Below, piece after piece: positions 10,148 to 20,530 of a DNA stretch of 64,000 bases. Made by a program: the position numbers and the translations under genes. The number at the start of each line of letters is the position of its first letter. Within the stretch, counting starts at the first letter, position 1. The notes beneath the pieces were generated by a model. The model saw nothing but the letters and a program-made list of their open reading frames with translations. It did no database searches and was not told where the DNA came from. Origin of the DNA: Planctomycetota bacterium (GTDB lineage: Bacteria; Planctomycetota; GCA-002687715; CAIWVZ01). The stretch covers positions 512,001-576,000 of the forward strand of contig JBGANV010000003.1 in the NCBI GenBank assembly GCA_044222185.1. The letters are read 5' to 3'.

Positions 10148-10448
10148 GCCGATCTCCTGATCGATTGGGGGAAAAACTGGCGGCGATACCGCCGTGCGCG
10201 CGAAGTGCGCGCGTCGCGCTGACTTCGCCGCAATCGTGGTGAAAGTGGCTCTCAACTTAGCCGGCGCGGCGTGGCGTCCAAGGGCCGCGCACATGCCGCC
10301 GGCGGCCGGAGCGCGAAGCCCCCGCGCGTGACGAATCGCGCCCGCAAAACCGGGCGTCGACGGCCGCACGGACTCGCGGCCTCATGCGAACGGCCGACCG
10401 CTGCCTGAGCGTGTCGTGGATCGAAGCCCACGTGCCGCCGATCGCGAC

Positions 10449-11495
10449 CTACCGCCGCATCGACGCCAGCGCCGGGTGGTCGCCGCGCACGAACGCCTCC
10501 GCCTCGCGCACATCCTCCGGTGACCCGATGTACAACGGAGTCCGCTGATGCAACTCGGTCGGGACGATGTCGAGGATGCGCCCATGCCCGTCGCTCGCGG
10601 CTCCGCCTGCCTGCTCCGCGATGAACGCCAGCGGGCTCGCTTCGTACAAGAGACGCAGCTTGCCTTTCGGGTCCTTCTTGGAGCCCGGGTACATGAACAA
10701 CCCGCCGTACAGGAGATTGCGGTGGAAGTCGGCGACCAGCGATCCGATGTACCGCGACGAGCGCGGACGCCCCGTCGCCTTGTCCTCCTGCTTCAGGTAG
10801 TCGACGTACCCCCGCACGTTCGCGTCCCAGTAACAGGTGTTCTGCTCGTTGACGGAATAGATCTTCCCGCGTGACGGCGTCTTGATGCTCGGATGGCTCA
10901 GGAGGAACTCTCCGAGCGACGGCTCGAGCGTGAATCCGGCGACACCGTTGCCCGTCGAGTACACGAGAACGGTCGACGACCCGTAGAGCACGTAACCCGC
11001 CGCAACCTGCTTGAACCCAGGCTGCAGGCAATCCTCGAGTCCTCCACGATCTCCCTTCGAGACCTTCCGGTGGATCGAGAAGATCGTACCGATCGAGACG
11101 TTTGCGTCGATGTTCGAAGAGCCGTCGAGCGGGTCGAACATCAGCACATATTTGCCGCAGCGGAAGCGCTCGGGAATCGGGATGATCGACGGCGACTCCT
11201 CCGACGCCATCACGCAAACGCGCCCTGTGTGATCGATCGCGCGGTAGATCCATCGATCGGCGAAGACGTCGAGCTTCTTCACGTCATCGCCGCTCGAGTT
11301 CATCTCGCCCGCGCGCCCGAGGATGTCGGCAAGCCCGGCCCTGTTGACCTCCCGTGAGATGATCTTCGCCGCCAGCGCGAGGTCGTAGAGCAGGTTCGTG
11401 AGATCGCCGCTGGCGTCCGGGAACTTCTGCTGCTCATCCAGGATGTGGCGTTCGATGGTGACGAGCTTGGCAGGCGATGGGCTGTCGTTGGTCAT
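10449..11495 (-). CDS. fbp: Fructose-1,6-bisphosphatase class 1
   Basis: [25 protein letters not shown] and GKLRLLYEA motifs. Confidence 0.97.
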   Translation of the reverse strand: MTNDSPSPAKLVTIERHILDEQQKFPDASGDLTNLLYDLALAAKIISREVNRAGLADILGRAGEMNSSGDDVKKLDVFADRWIYRAIDHTGRVCVMASEESPSIIPIPERFRCGKYVLMFDPLDGSSNIDANVSIGTIFSIHRKVSKGDRGGLEDCLQPGFKQVAAGYVLYGSSTVLVYSTGNGVAGFTLEPSLGEFLLSHPSIKTPSRGKIYSVNEQNTCYWDANVRGYVDYLKQEDKATGRPRSSRYIGSLVADFHRNLLYGGLFMYPGSKKDPKGKLRLLYEASPLAFIAEQAGGAASDGHGRILDIVPTELHQRTPLYIGSPEDVREAEAFVRGDHPALASMRR

Positions 11496-11713
11496 GAGCT
11501 TGTCTCGTTGTGCGAGCGATCGGCGCAGGCAGCCGGTTCGGATCCACTCGATGCCGGATTCGGGGAGCGGATGCGAGCGGAAAACCGTAGCGATCACGGC
11601 AGCCGGCCATTGTAGGGGTGCACTCGACCCCTGCAACGAACGCGCGGCCATGGCAGACACCGGGCAAGCGGCTACGATCTGGCCTCTTCGGTGCCCGCTC
11701 CAAAGACTATCCC

Positions 11714-12772
11714 ATGACCCAAGCGACCGGCCGATCCGATCTCGACACGCGCCTTCACAAGGCGGCGAACACCATCCGTGCGCGGCTGAAGAGCCGAATC
11801 GTCGGCCTGGAGAACGTCGTCGACCTTCTCCTCACGAGCGTGTTTGCGGGCGGCCACTGCCTCCTCGTCGGAGTTCCCGGGCTCGCGAAAACGTCGCTCG
11901 TGCGCGCCATTGCAGAATCGCTCGACCTGTCGTTCCGCCGCATTCAGTTCACGCCGGACCTCATGCCGTCCGACATCACCGGCGCCGACGTGATCGTCGA
12001 GGACTCGCAGACGGGCGAACGCGCGTTCAAGTTCATGCGCGGCCCGATCTTCACGAACATCCTGCTGGCGGATGAGATCAACCGCACGCCGCCCAAGACA
12101 CAGGCAGCACTCCTCGAGGCCATGGAGGAGTTCTCCGTGACGGTCGCCGGCAAGCGCAGCGAGCTCGAGCAGCCGTTCTGCGTGCTCGCGACTCAGAATC
12201 CCATCGAGCAATCGGGGACCTACCCGCTTCCCGCGGCACAGCTCGACCGGTTCATGTTCCTCGTGATGCTCGACTATCCGACGCGCAACGACGAGTCGGC
12301 GATCGTCCGGATGACGACTGCGCCACACGTGGAGGAGAGCGGTGCCGCGGTAACCCGCGCTGAGTTGCTCGACATTCGCCGCACGCTGATGGAAGCACCG
12401 GCGCCGAAGGAAGTCGTCCAGTACGCGACGACGCTCGCGCGGCGTACACGCCCCTCGGAATCCGATGCGCCCGAGCGCGTGAAGAGCTTCGTGGCGTGGG
12501 GTGTGGGCCCTCGCGGCGGCCAATACCTCGTCACCGCATCGAAGGTCCGCGCGGCGCTTCGAGGCGCTCCCGGACCGACGCCCGAGGACGTCCGAGCCCT
12601 CGCGCTTCCTACGTTCCGCCACCGCGTCGTCGTCAACTACCAGGCGCAGGCGGACGCGGTCGACGCCAGCGTCGTGATCGACGAGGTCATCGCATCCACG
12701 CCGGCGCCTGACGGATGGCGCCCGCCAGCTCCACCGAAGGCGAAGCGGCGATTCGCGTTCTGGAGCCGGTAA
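11714..12772 (+). CDS. MoxR-family AAA+ ATPase
   Basis: [30 protein letters not shown] and [15 protein letters not shown] motifs. Confidence 0.95.
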   Translation: MTQATGRSDLDTRLHKAANTIRARLKSRIVGLENVVDLLLTSVFAGGHCLLVGVPGLAKTSLVRAIAESLDLSFRRIQFTPDLMPSDITGADVIVEDSQTGERAFKFMRGPIFTNILLADEINRTPPKTQAALLEAMEEFSVTVAGKRSELEQPFCVLATQNPIEQSGTYPLPAAQLDRFMFLVMLDYPTRNDESAIVRMTTAPHVEESGAAVTRAELLDIRRTLMEAPAPKEVVQYATTLARRTRPSESDAPERVKSFVAWGVGPRGGQYLVTASKVRAALRGAPGPTPEDVRALALPTFRHRVVVNYQAQADAVDASVVIDEVIASTPAPDGWRPPAPPKAKRRFAFWSR

Positions 12773-12800
12773 CGCCCGCGCGGACGCAACCGCGCACGGT

Positions 12801-13679
12801 CTACCGAAACACCTCGCTCGCACCGGGCGCCATGGGCGGGCGGCAGGCGTTGCGGATGCTCGCCGACACCAAGAGGACGAGGCCGGAAATCAGCGGCCAC
12901 AGGCACGACGCCGCGGCGAACGCCCAGCTCACGCCGCTCATCCCCATGATGACGGTGTCGAAGAGCTGATCCACCTGCTTCGCATCGAGTGTGGAGGGCC
13001 TCTGAGAATCCTGATTCCGGTGGACCTCCTCCATGACGGTCTGCTTGACGGTCGCCATGGTGTCGTTGAATGCGCCAACCGCGATCACCGTCGAGACGAC
13101 GAGGCCCAGCATCGCCAGTACCGAAATCCAGCGGCCGGCGTTCTTTCGCAGAAGCAGGACGACCGACCCGATCAACAACACGAGCTGGCTCACCGCTGCG
13201 CCGACTGACGCTCCCTGTGCGCGCCTCGACGTGGGACGAGTGCCGATCTCCTGCACCGCAGCGAGGATGGGCTCGCGCTGATCGGTCATGAACGCTGCAA
13301 TCTGCTCGGCGTTCTCGCGATCACGGTCGCCGTGAGCCTGGGACCGCAGTTGGCTGCGCATCCGGTCGACGATGTCGGGCCACCGGTCGCGCGTCTCCTG
13401 GATCTGGTCTGGGGACGCAGCCTCGCGGAAGCCGGTCCAAGCCGACGCGAAGAACATGTTCGAGCATCCGCACGTCAGCGCGAACAGGAGGTTCATCACG
13501 CCGAAGAACGTGAGGAGGCCGGTGGACGGCTGTGGGAGGTAGACCGGCTGCGGGCTCGGCGGCGGCGATGCCCACGCCGGCTGCTGGGGCGGCATCGGGG
13601 GCGGAGTTGGCGGTACCGGCGGCGGTGATCCCGCGCCGGGGGTGTTCATCCACGGTGGCAAGTCCTGAGGTCCGGCCAT
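12801..13679 (-). CDS. Hypothetical membrane protein (Pro-rich N-terminus, about 4 TM helices)
   Basis: Pro-rich tail, hydrophobic segments and an upstream AAGGAG RBS. Confidence 0.75.
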   Translation of the reverse strand: MAGPQDLPPWMNTPGAGSPPPVPPTPPPMPPQQPAWASPPPSPQPVYLPQPSTGLLTFFGVMNLLFALTCGCSNMFFASAWTGFREAASPDQIQETRDRWPDIVDRMRSQLRSQAHGDRDRENAEQIAAFMTDQREPILAAVQEIGTRPTSRRAQGASVGAAVSQLVLLIGSVVLLLRKNAGRWISVLAMLGLVVSTVIAVGAFNDTMATVKQTVMEEVHRNQDSQRPSTLDAKQVDQLFDTVIMGMSGVSWAFAAASCLWPLISGLVLLVSASIRNACRPPMAPGASEVFR

Positions 13680-13904
13680 GGTTCTCCTTGTCCTTTTGGA
13701 CGCGGCAACTCTACCGACTCGCACGATGTGACGGGATGCGCGACGACACACGGAGGATGCCGAGCGACGGCACGCCGTCCGTCACCGAGCGCCCACCACT
13801 CGCTACCGCCCGGTGACGGAGGATCGAATCGACTGCCGTGCGCCGTCCGCTCGACCCCGCATTTCGCGAGGGAATCAGCCGCGGACCCGGGGAACCTGCC
13901 CCGA

Positions 13905-13920
13905 TGGAACGGTCGTTGCA
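13905..13920 (+). promoter_or_regulatory. Candidate sigma-54 (-24/-12) promoter
   Basis: TGGAACG-GTCG-TTGCA versus consensus TGGCACG-N4-TTGCW: one mismatch, correct GG-GC spacing, intergenic. Confidence 0.55.
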
Positions 13921-14574
13921 TAAGGGGTCCATGGCACCGGCGTCGCCGCGGCGACGGTGCCGGGAACGGAACCGAAGCCTGCGCACCTCGACCCGAACGA
14001 GCTCGATGGGGCGTCAGGTCTCGATCCTTCTCCCCTGTCACGGCTTCTGCGTGTGGGTACCGCGGCGAGAAAACCAGTTTCTTCCGACGACGGGGGCCGT
14101 GCGATTGCCTTTGTCCTGCGGTCAGCACTGCCCGCCTGCATGCCCCGCGGGCTGGGGCTCGAGCGCGGTCCCCGTCCGACGGATTCCCAATTGCGCTGCG
14201 GAGGGCATCGCCCTCGCCACGGCCCCCCCCCCGGCACAGACGCGCTCCCAGCGACTCACCTGCGAGTCCAGGCAACCCCGCTCGCTGCAGCCGGCCACGT
14301 CCCAAGGCACCCCGGATGGGTTTGGCACCGAGCCCAGGTCGGGGCCCACCAGCCCTCGTCCCGCCCTGCGGAGCGTCACCCGATCGCCGGCCCAGCGACG
14401 ACAGCGGAGTCGGTCCCGAACTGCCCCGAAATCGGGGAGTTCTGTTGAACCGGCGCACCGAGTCCGCGTCTCAGAAACTCGGCACTGGTTGCACTTTTTC
14501 TGTATGATCCGCCCCTCGTTCGAGTCGCCCGGATCACCCATGGGGACTCGCGACTTTCGCAGGAGGAACGTCAG

Positions 14575-16731
14575 ATGAGATCGAGTCAGATTCTTTCGGT
14601 CGCATGCGTCGTTGCAGTGGCGTCCGTCGGGTTCGCGCAGGGAGGCGGCACCGGGCCCGACGTCATCGTCGGGGACTTCCCCGATGTCATCTCGTACGGT
14701 GCGAGCAACGGCATCTCCGCGTACGCGTTCGGAACGAGCTCCTGCAACATCGGCACGCAGAATCTGGCGTGGCTTCAAAATACGAACCAGCACCCTGTGA
14801 TCGGCCAGAACCTCTACCGCGTGAAAGACGGCCGTTTTCAGCAGATCGGTGTCTCATGGCTGAAACATGGCTTCTACGCGCTGTCGCAAACGCTTTGCGG
14901 TAGCTGCCCGAACGGTGATCCGACCGGTAACTCGCTCGCCGTCCAATGCTCCGACCCATACGTCGCGTCATTGAATGGCGCGCAGTCGAGCCTCGGACCG
15001 CGAAGTGAAGTGAACCCGAGCACCGGGTACTTCCCGTACCCGTTCGGGACGAGCGCGAGCTTCCCGACGCCAACGGGAGTGCTGGCGCGCCGCCTGCAGG
15101 CGGCCAACGCTGACGTCGATCCGGCACAGAACCCGGGCGCACGCTATTTCGTCGAGGGCCAGTACGTTCACCCGCAAGACGCGTTCTTCGGCAACCAGAA
15201 CAACAACGCGTCCTACAGGGAAGTGAACTTCACTCCGAGCTCGAATACGTTCATCGCGGCGTTTGCAGCGGCGGTCCAGCAACAGAAGCCCGCGATCCTC
15301 GCGTGGCGCGACATCGATCCGAAGGTTCAAATCACGAACGTCGATGTCCCGGGCGACGGGCGGCTGATCCTCGCGACGAAGTCCTGGTCCCTCGGAAACG
15401 GGACGTTCCAGTACGTGTGGGCGCTGCACAACCTGAACTCGGACCGTGCCGTGCAGGCGTTCAACGTCCAGCTCAGCCCCGGCGTCACCGTGTCGAACAC
15501 CGCCTTCCACGACGTGAACTATCACAGCGGCGAGGTCTACAGCACGACAGACTGGACCCCGAGCGTCAGCGGCACGACGCTGTCGTGGGCAACGCAGACC
15601 TATTCACAGAACGTCAACGCGAACGCGATTCGCTGGGGCACCACCTACACGTTCGAGTGCATCGCCAACAAGCAGATGGGCGGCATCACCATCAACCTCT
15701 TCAAGCCAGGCACACCGGCGCAGATGAACGTTGCTCCGCAGTGCCCGCCAGCGCCTGTCTTGCCGGCGACTCCACCGCCCCAGTACACGCTGACGAACAA
15801 CGCCCCGTTCACGCAGGCGACGCTGACCGCGGCCGCGTCCAACGGCCCGACGGGTGACGACGCCCAGCTCACGGCGAACATCGGTTTCACGTTCCCGTTC
15901 TTCGGCTTCAGCTACACCCAAATGGTGATCAGCACGAACGGCTACCTGACGATCCCCGGCCAGAACGGCACCGTCAGCTCCAACGCGTCGATCCCGAGTT
16001 CCGGGCTTCCGAACGGGATCATCGCGGGCGGATGGGACGACTACAACGTGACCGGCGCCGGCAACATCAAGTACCAGACGCTGGGCACGGCCCCGAACCG
16101 AGTGTTCGTCGTGGCCTACAACAACGTCGCGATCTACTCGATCCCAACGCAGACCACGACCTTCCAGATCATGCTGCACGAGGACGGGCACATCACGAAC
16201 TCGATCATCGGCGGAAACTACAACGGCAACTCGGCCACCCGCGGTATCGAGGCACCAAACGGCACCGAAGGCGTGCTCGCCAGCTTCAACCTCGCCTCCA
16301 GCATGGTCGGCGGCACGACTCACACCTACGCCACCACGATCATCCCGCCGGACGCGGCGCTGTCGGTGTTTGGGACGTTGGACCTCAGCGGTCCGACGAA
16401 GATCTCGATTGTCACGCCGACTCCAGGCCTTTCGGTCTTCATGGTCGCCGGAGGCAGCAATGGCCCAACCCTACTCCCCACTGGAAGGCTGCTTGCAATC
16501 GGCATCACTGCGGATCTCATCTGGGTGTTGGACCCGACTGGCATCCTGTCCGGAACCCCCCCGAATCCCAGCTTGGTCACCTCGGCGCCGTGCAACGATT
16601 ACACTCTCGTCATGGGCGGAATAGCCCCGTTGGGCGTCACGGCCACCGTGTATTGTCTCGCGGCCGCCCCCGACCCGACCGCTCCAGGCGGGACGCGGTT
16701 CACAAACGGAATCGCCATCGTCCTCAACTGA
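14575..16731 (+). CDS. Large secreted protein: Cys-containing N-domain, nidogen-like GDD domain, C-terminal beta domain
   Basis: Signal peptide, AGGAGG RBS and strong codon bias; GPTGDD..IGFTFPFFG..Y...ISTNGY motif. Confidence 0.85.
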   Translation: MRSSQILSVACVVAVASVGFAQGGGTGPDVIVGDFPDVISYGASNGISAYAFGTSSCNIGTQNLAWLQNTNQHPVIGQNLYRVKDGRFQQIGVSWLKHGFYALSQTLCGSCPNGDPTGNSLAVQCSDPYVASLNGAQSSLGPRSEVNPSTGYFPYPFGTSASFPTPTGVLARRLQAANADVDPAQNPGARYFVEGQYVHPQDAFFGNQNNNASYREVNFTPSSNTFIAAFAAAVQQQKPAILAWRDIDPKVQITNVDVPGDGRLILATKSWSLGNGTFQYVWALHNLNSDRAVQAFNVQLSPGVTVSNTAFHDVNYHSGEVYSTTDWTPSVSGTTLSWATQTYSQNVNANAIRWGTTYTFECIANKQMGGITINLFKPGTPAQMNVAPQCPPAPVLPATPPPQYTLTNNAPFTQATLTAAASNGPTGDDAQLTANIGFTFPFFGFSYTQMVISTNGYLTIPGQNGTVSSNASIPSSGLPNGIIAGGWDDYNVTGAGNIKYQTLGTAPNRVFVVAYNNVAIYSIPTQTTTFQIMLHEDGHITNSIIGGNYNGNSATRGIEAPNGTEGVLASFNLASSMVGGTTHTYATTIIPPDAALSVFGTLDLSGPTKISIVTPTPGLSVFMVAGGSNGPTLLPTGRLLAIGITADLIWVLDPTGILSGTPPNPSLVTSAPCNDYTLVMGGIAPLGVTATVYCLAAAPDPTAPGGTRFTNGIAIVLN

Positions 16732-16764
16732 GGCCCGATAGGGAACGTCGAGCCATCGATGCGG

Positions 16765-19700
16765 CTATCGTCGATCGAGAGCCGGTCGCTTCAACTCCCT
16801 CAATCGGGGCCCGCTCCACGGGCCCATAGGGAATCGAACGCACTGACTCGTGCCAGATTCGCCCAGTGATCCAACCTCAGCTGGCGACGCAACAGCCTCC
16901 ATTTCGGCGCGACACCAGCCGGGAAACGTGCTGACGCCTCGCGCCACCTGAAGTGCTCGCGTAGCCCATGTCTGGGCGTTGTCCCAATCACCGCACTTCC
17001 CCATGACTATGGCGGCGTGCCGGTACAACTCTGCGCCGCCACCGACGATTGCAGGAAGGGACTCGATGGTGAGCATCGCGTCACGGCCTTCAGTCATGGC
17101 CCGATCAAGTTGCCCAGCATCGGCGAGGCACCGCGCAAGGATCAACGTCAACTGCGCGTGGCGCTGCTCTAGGAACGGACTTCCGCGTCTGATTGCCTCT
17201 CGCGCGCGCATAGCGACCGGAAGCACCTCGATCGCGTGACCACTGTCGACCGCAGCTTCCATCCACCTGTATAGCTCTGCCACCGGATGCGCCGATTGTT
17301 CATGGGGCGACTTCAGCGGCAATGCACACTCTGCGAACTCTCGCGCTGCGTCAACGTCGCCAGCATAATATGAAACGTCGGCTGCACCGAAGTTGACGGT
17401 GCGCGACAGTGCCACACCGGGAGGCACATCGCGCAAGGCCTCAGCGATCTCGGTCTGCGCAGTTATCACATCCCCACACCGAACAAGGCTACGGGCACTG
17501 AGCGACTGTGCCATTAGCCTTACGGCAACATCGCTCGAACGAACGTATGGCCGAATGATCTCGCGTGCATGCTCGGCTTGCTGATCCAGAAGCAAGCACG
17601 CGACGAGCCCACTGTCAGCCTGCCACCGATAGGCAATCACATCCGCGCAGTAGGTCAGACTGGTTTCACGCGCACGCCAGAACGCTGAAGTCGCGGCCTC
17701 GACATCTCCTTGCTCGATCGCGATCGTCGCCTGCTGAACAAGAGTCGTTGCGAATACGTCCTTTCGCCTTGAGCCGGGGATCTGAGTCTGCAACGCCAAG
17801 GACTCGTCGACCGCCGCCGCAGCCCCCGACAGATCGCCGACGATGCGCCGGGCGGCTGCGGCAATATTGAGCAAGTCAGCACGATCAAGCGGACTGCGTC
17901 CGGTGGCGGCAGCGGCCGGAAGTGCCGCCTCGAGCACCTCATGTGCCGCGGCCGCATCGCTGAAGTGTAGGAGTGCGTCGCCAAGGAAACGCGCGCAATT
18001 CACGCCTACTGTCGACCCTGGCCCACACAACAAGGTCGCCTGCCGTAGTGCTTCGCGGCCGAACTTCAGACAGCCGTCTTTGTCATTCAGCGTGCGGCAG
18101 AGCGCCGCCTCGCGTAGCAAGAGCGTCGATCGGGTTCGACTAATCGGGGCCTCAATCGCATCCACGACGCCGCGTGCGGCCTCCAGGTTAGACTTCGCCG
18201 CCGAAACGTCACCCGCTTCAATCGCACAGTTGATCGCCCAGAAGCGGTACTCAAGTGTCAGCCGCCTCTCCGCTGCTGAGGAGCTTGGGATATCCGCGGC
18301 CGCTTCATCGAAGGCCCTTGCCGCGTCGGCGAGGCGCCCACGGTTGGCGAGTACCATTCCGGCGAGGCCGAGCCGATCGCGTCGCTGGGTCGCGCTGAGA
18401 GCCTCAATCGGCCATTCGGCCTCAACTTCGCCAAGAATCCGCTCTGCGAGATCGACGTCACCAAGCGTGAGAGCGCTCCGAACATAGGACAGGCCGAGGC
18501 GGAAGACCTTTCCGCGGCTTCTCGGTGGCTCCGCGTTCCGCGCGGCCCATGCGGCGCCGAGTGCGCCGAGGGAACGCTCGTGCGCTCCAACTGCAGGCGA
18601 TAACCATGCCACCGCGCACTCTACCGCCACGCGCACGGGCCCCGTTATCCGTGAGTTGTCCTCGAGTAATGCGACCATCGCCTCGACTTGGCTGGCAGGT
18701 TCGTGCTCACGCTGCATCGTGTCCGAGTAGAGCGCCGCGTCGACGGCCAGCAACACCGCATCAATCGCCGCTTCCGTCGCTTGCGCCTCCGCCTTCGCGG
18801 CGGCGTTGGCGGCGCGAAGGGCCTCGACGGTTCGTTGGAGTTCTTGGCCGTGGGTGAATTCGCGCCAACCGAGGATGGCGAGGAAGGTGAGGAGGGAGGC
18901 GGCGGCGATCTTGAGGCCGCGGACGAGGTGGTGTCGGGCGCCGAGGAAGATGGCGATCCGGAGTCGAAACGGGAGGATGATCGAGAGGCGCACGTCGTCG
19001 CGGCGGGCGGCGTCGACGATTTCGGCGAACGAGGACGCGGTTTGGAAGCGGAACTTGTGGTCAACCGCCATCGCACGTTGGATGAGGTCGCTGACTCTTC
19101 GGGGTACGAACGGACGGAACCGGCGCAGGGGCGCGGCGCGGCCGTTCGTGATGCAATCCTGCAACTCTCGACTGGAACGGACCGCGGCGAACGGATGGCG
19201 AAGGCCAATGCACTCATAGAGAGTCACGGCCAGCGAGTAGACGTCTGAGTGCGAGCCGACGACACCGCCCGTGAACACCTCCGGCGACATGTAGATGAGA
19301 GATCCAATGGGCGTTTGGGATCGCGTGAGCTTCTCTGTTCCTTCGGCGCTCGCCAGTCCGAAGTCGACCAACATGACCCGACCGCCGCGCGTCACCATGA
19401 GATTCGACGGCTTGATGTCGCGATGGATCACCCCGCGAGCGTGAGCATGCTCGAGGGCCTCCGCGACCTGGCGGCCAATCCCCAACCACGCATTCGTCCA
19501 GGACTCACGGAACTCGGCCTGCACCAATTGCAGATCGTCGGCCGCCCATCCCGCGCGCCGACCGACCGCGGCCGCGATGTCGGCTCCGGATAGGGTCGAG
19601 GGATCGGCTCCGGCCAGGTCCTCGAGGACGTCCGCCAGCGTGCAGCCCTCGATGAACTCCATGGCGAAGTAGGGGACACCGGCATCCTCCCCCACGGAAA

Positions 19701-20187
19701 AGACGGGGACGATCCCGGGATGCTGGAGCCGCGCGATGGTCTCGACCTCACGGCGAAATCGCTGGCGGGCCTTGGGGAAGTAGAGATACTCCGGACGGAT
19801 CACCTTCAGTGCGACGATCCGACCGAGGCCGCGCTGCTCGGCGCGATAGACGACGCCCATCCCGCCAGCCCCGACACGCTCGATCAGCCGGAAATCGCCG
19901 AGACCGTCAGGAAACCCGGCCGGCGCAGCGTCATCCGCCCCGGCGCCGACTTCATGATCGAGCCAGGCATCGATCTGTCGGACCTCTGCGACGAGACGGC
20001 GCACGGCGTCCGCGATCGACGGGTTGTCGCGACAAACCCCCTCGAGACGTTCCGTCCGCGCGGGCTCATCGAGCGCCAGGATCTCGGCAACCAGCACTTC
20101 GGCGGCCTCCGTTTGCTCCGAGACGTCCGAGAACCGCCCATCGCCAACCACACCGCCACCATCAGTCGCTTCCATCGGCAGACTCAC
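16765..20187 (-). CDS. Membrane Ser/Thr protein kinase with long TPR-like C-terminus
   Basis: VGAGGMGVVY, VALK, HRDIKPSN, DFG and YMSPE motifs; TM helix; Ala/Leu-rich helical repeats. Confidence 0.9.
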   Translation of the reverse strand: MSLPMEATDGGGVVGDGRFSDVSEQTEAAEVLVAEILALDEPARTERLEGVCRDNPSIADAVRRLVAEVRQIDAWLDHEVGAGADDAAPAGFPDGLGDFRLIERVGAGGMGVVYRAEQRGLGRIVALKVIRPEYLYFPKARQRFRREVETIARLQHPGIVPVFSVGEDAGVPYFAMEFIEGCTLADVLEDLAGADPSTLSGADIAAAVGRRAGWAADDLQLVQAEFRESWTNAWLGIGRQVAEALEHAHARGVIHRDIKPSNLMVTRGGRVMLVDFGLASAEGTEKLTRSQTPIGSLIYMSPEVFTGGVVGSHSDVYSLAVTLYECIGLRHPFAAVRSSRELQDCITNGRAAPLRRFRPFVPRRVSDLIQRAMAVDHKFRFQTASSFAEIVDAARRDDVRLSIILPFRLRIAIFLGARHHLVRGLKIAAASLLTFLAILGWREFTHGQELQRTVEALRAANAAAKAEAQATEAAIDAVLLAVDAALYSDTMQREHEPASQVEAMVALLEDNSRITGPVRVAVECAVAWLSPAVGAHERSLGALGAAWAARNAEPPRSRGKVFRLGLSYVRSALTLGDVDLAERILGEVEAEWPIEALSATQRRDRLGLAGMVLANRGRLADAARAFDEAAADIPSSSAAERRLTLEYRFWAINCAIEAGDVSAAKSNLEAARGVVDAIEAPISRTRSTLLLREAALCRTLNDKDGCLKFGREALRQATLLCGPGSTVGVNCARFLGDALLHFSDAAAAHEVLEAALPAAAATGRSPLDRADLLNIAAAARRIVGDLSGAAAAVDESLALQTQIPGSRRKDVFATTLVQQATIAIEQGDVEAATSAFWRARETSLTYCADVIAYRWQADSGLVACLLLDQQAEHAREIIRPYVRSSDVAVRLMAQSLSARSLVRCGDVITAQTEIAEALRDVPPGVALSRTVNFGAADVSYYAGDVDAAREFAECALPLKSPHEQSAHPVAELYRWMEAAVDSGHAIEVLPVAMRAREAIRRGSPFLEQRHAQLTLILARCLADAGQLDRAMTEGRDAMLTIESLPAIVGGGAELYRHAAIVMGKCGDWDNAQTWATRALQVARGVSTFPGWCRAEMEAVASPAEVGSLGESGTSQCVRFPMGPWSGPRLRELKRPALDRR

Positions 20188-20388
20188 GACAGGTCACGCA
20201 GCTCACGCAGCACTCCCGCCCGGACGGGCGATTCTAAGGACGTCGGGGCCGCCCCGCCTCGTCCTTGACCTGAATCGGAACCCGCCAGCTGCCGCGACAA
20301 AATTGTCGCCGGAGTTTCACCGAGCAGCGGCCCCCCGGACCAGCTCGGTGTTCCGTCCCCCCGGGCCCGCGGAACTGCGAGAAACTCG

Positions 20389-20418
20389 TTGACAATCCCG
20401 AGGGACCGGGCGTATTTC
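20389..20418 (+). promoter_or_regulatory. Possible sigma-70 promoter for 20531 gene
   Basis: Perfect TTGACA at 20389 and a weak -10 (TATTTC) 18 nt downstream. Confidence 0.35.
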
Positions 20419-20530
20419 TATCGCAGTTCGTTTGCCGTGCGTTCAACCAGACCACCAGAGGTCCCGACCCGCGCCTTGCGATGCGTCGTGCGGTCGTCGT
20501 GCGCCTTCAACACGCATACAGGAGTGATCG

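Noticed and set aside
14480-14494. GGCAC...TTGCA upstream of 14575 as a second sigma-54 promoter
   Set aside because: The GG-to-GC spacing is 2 nt too short for -24/-12.
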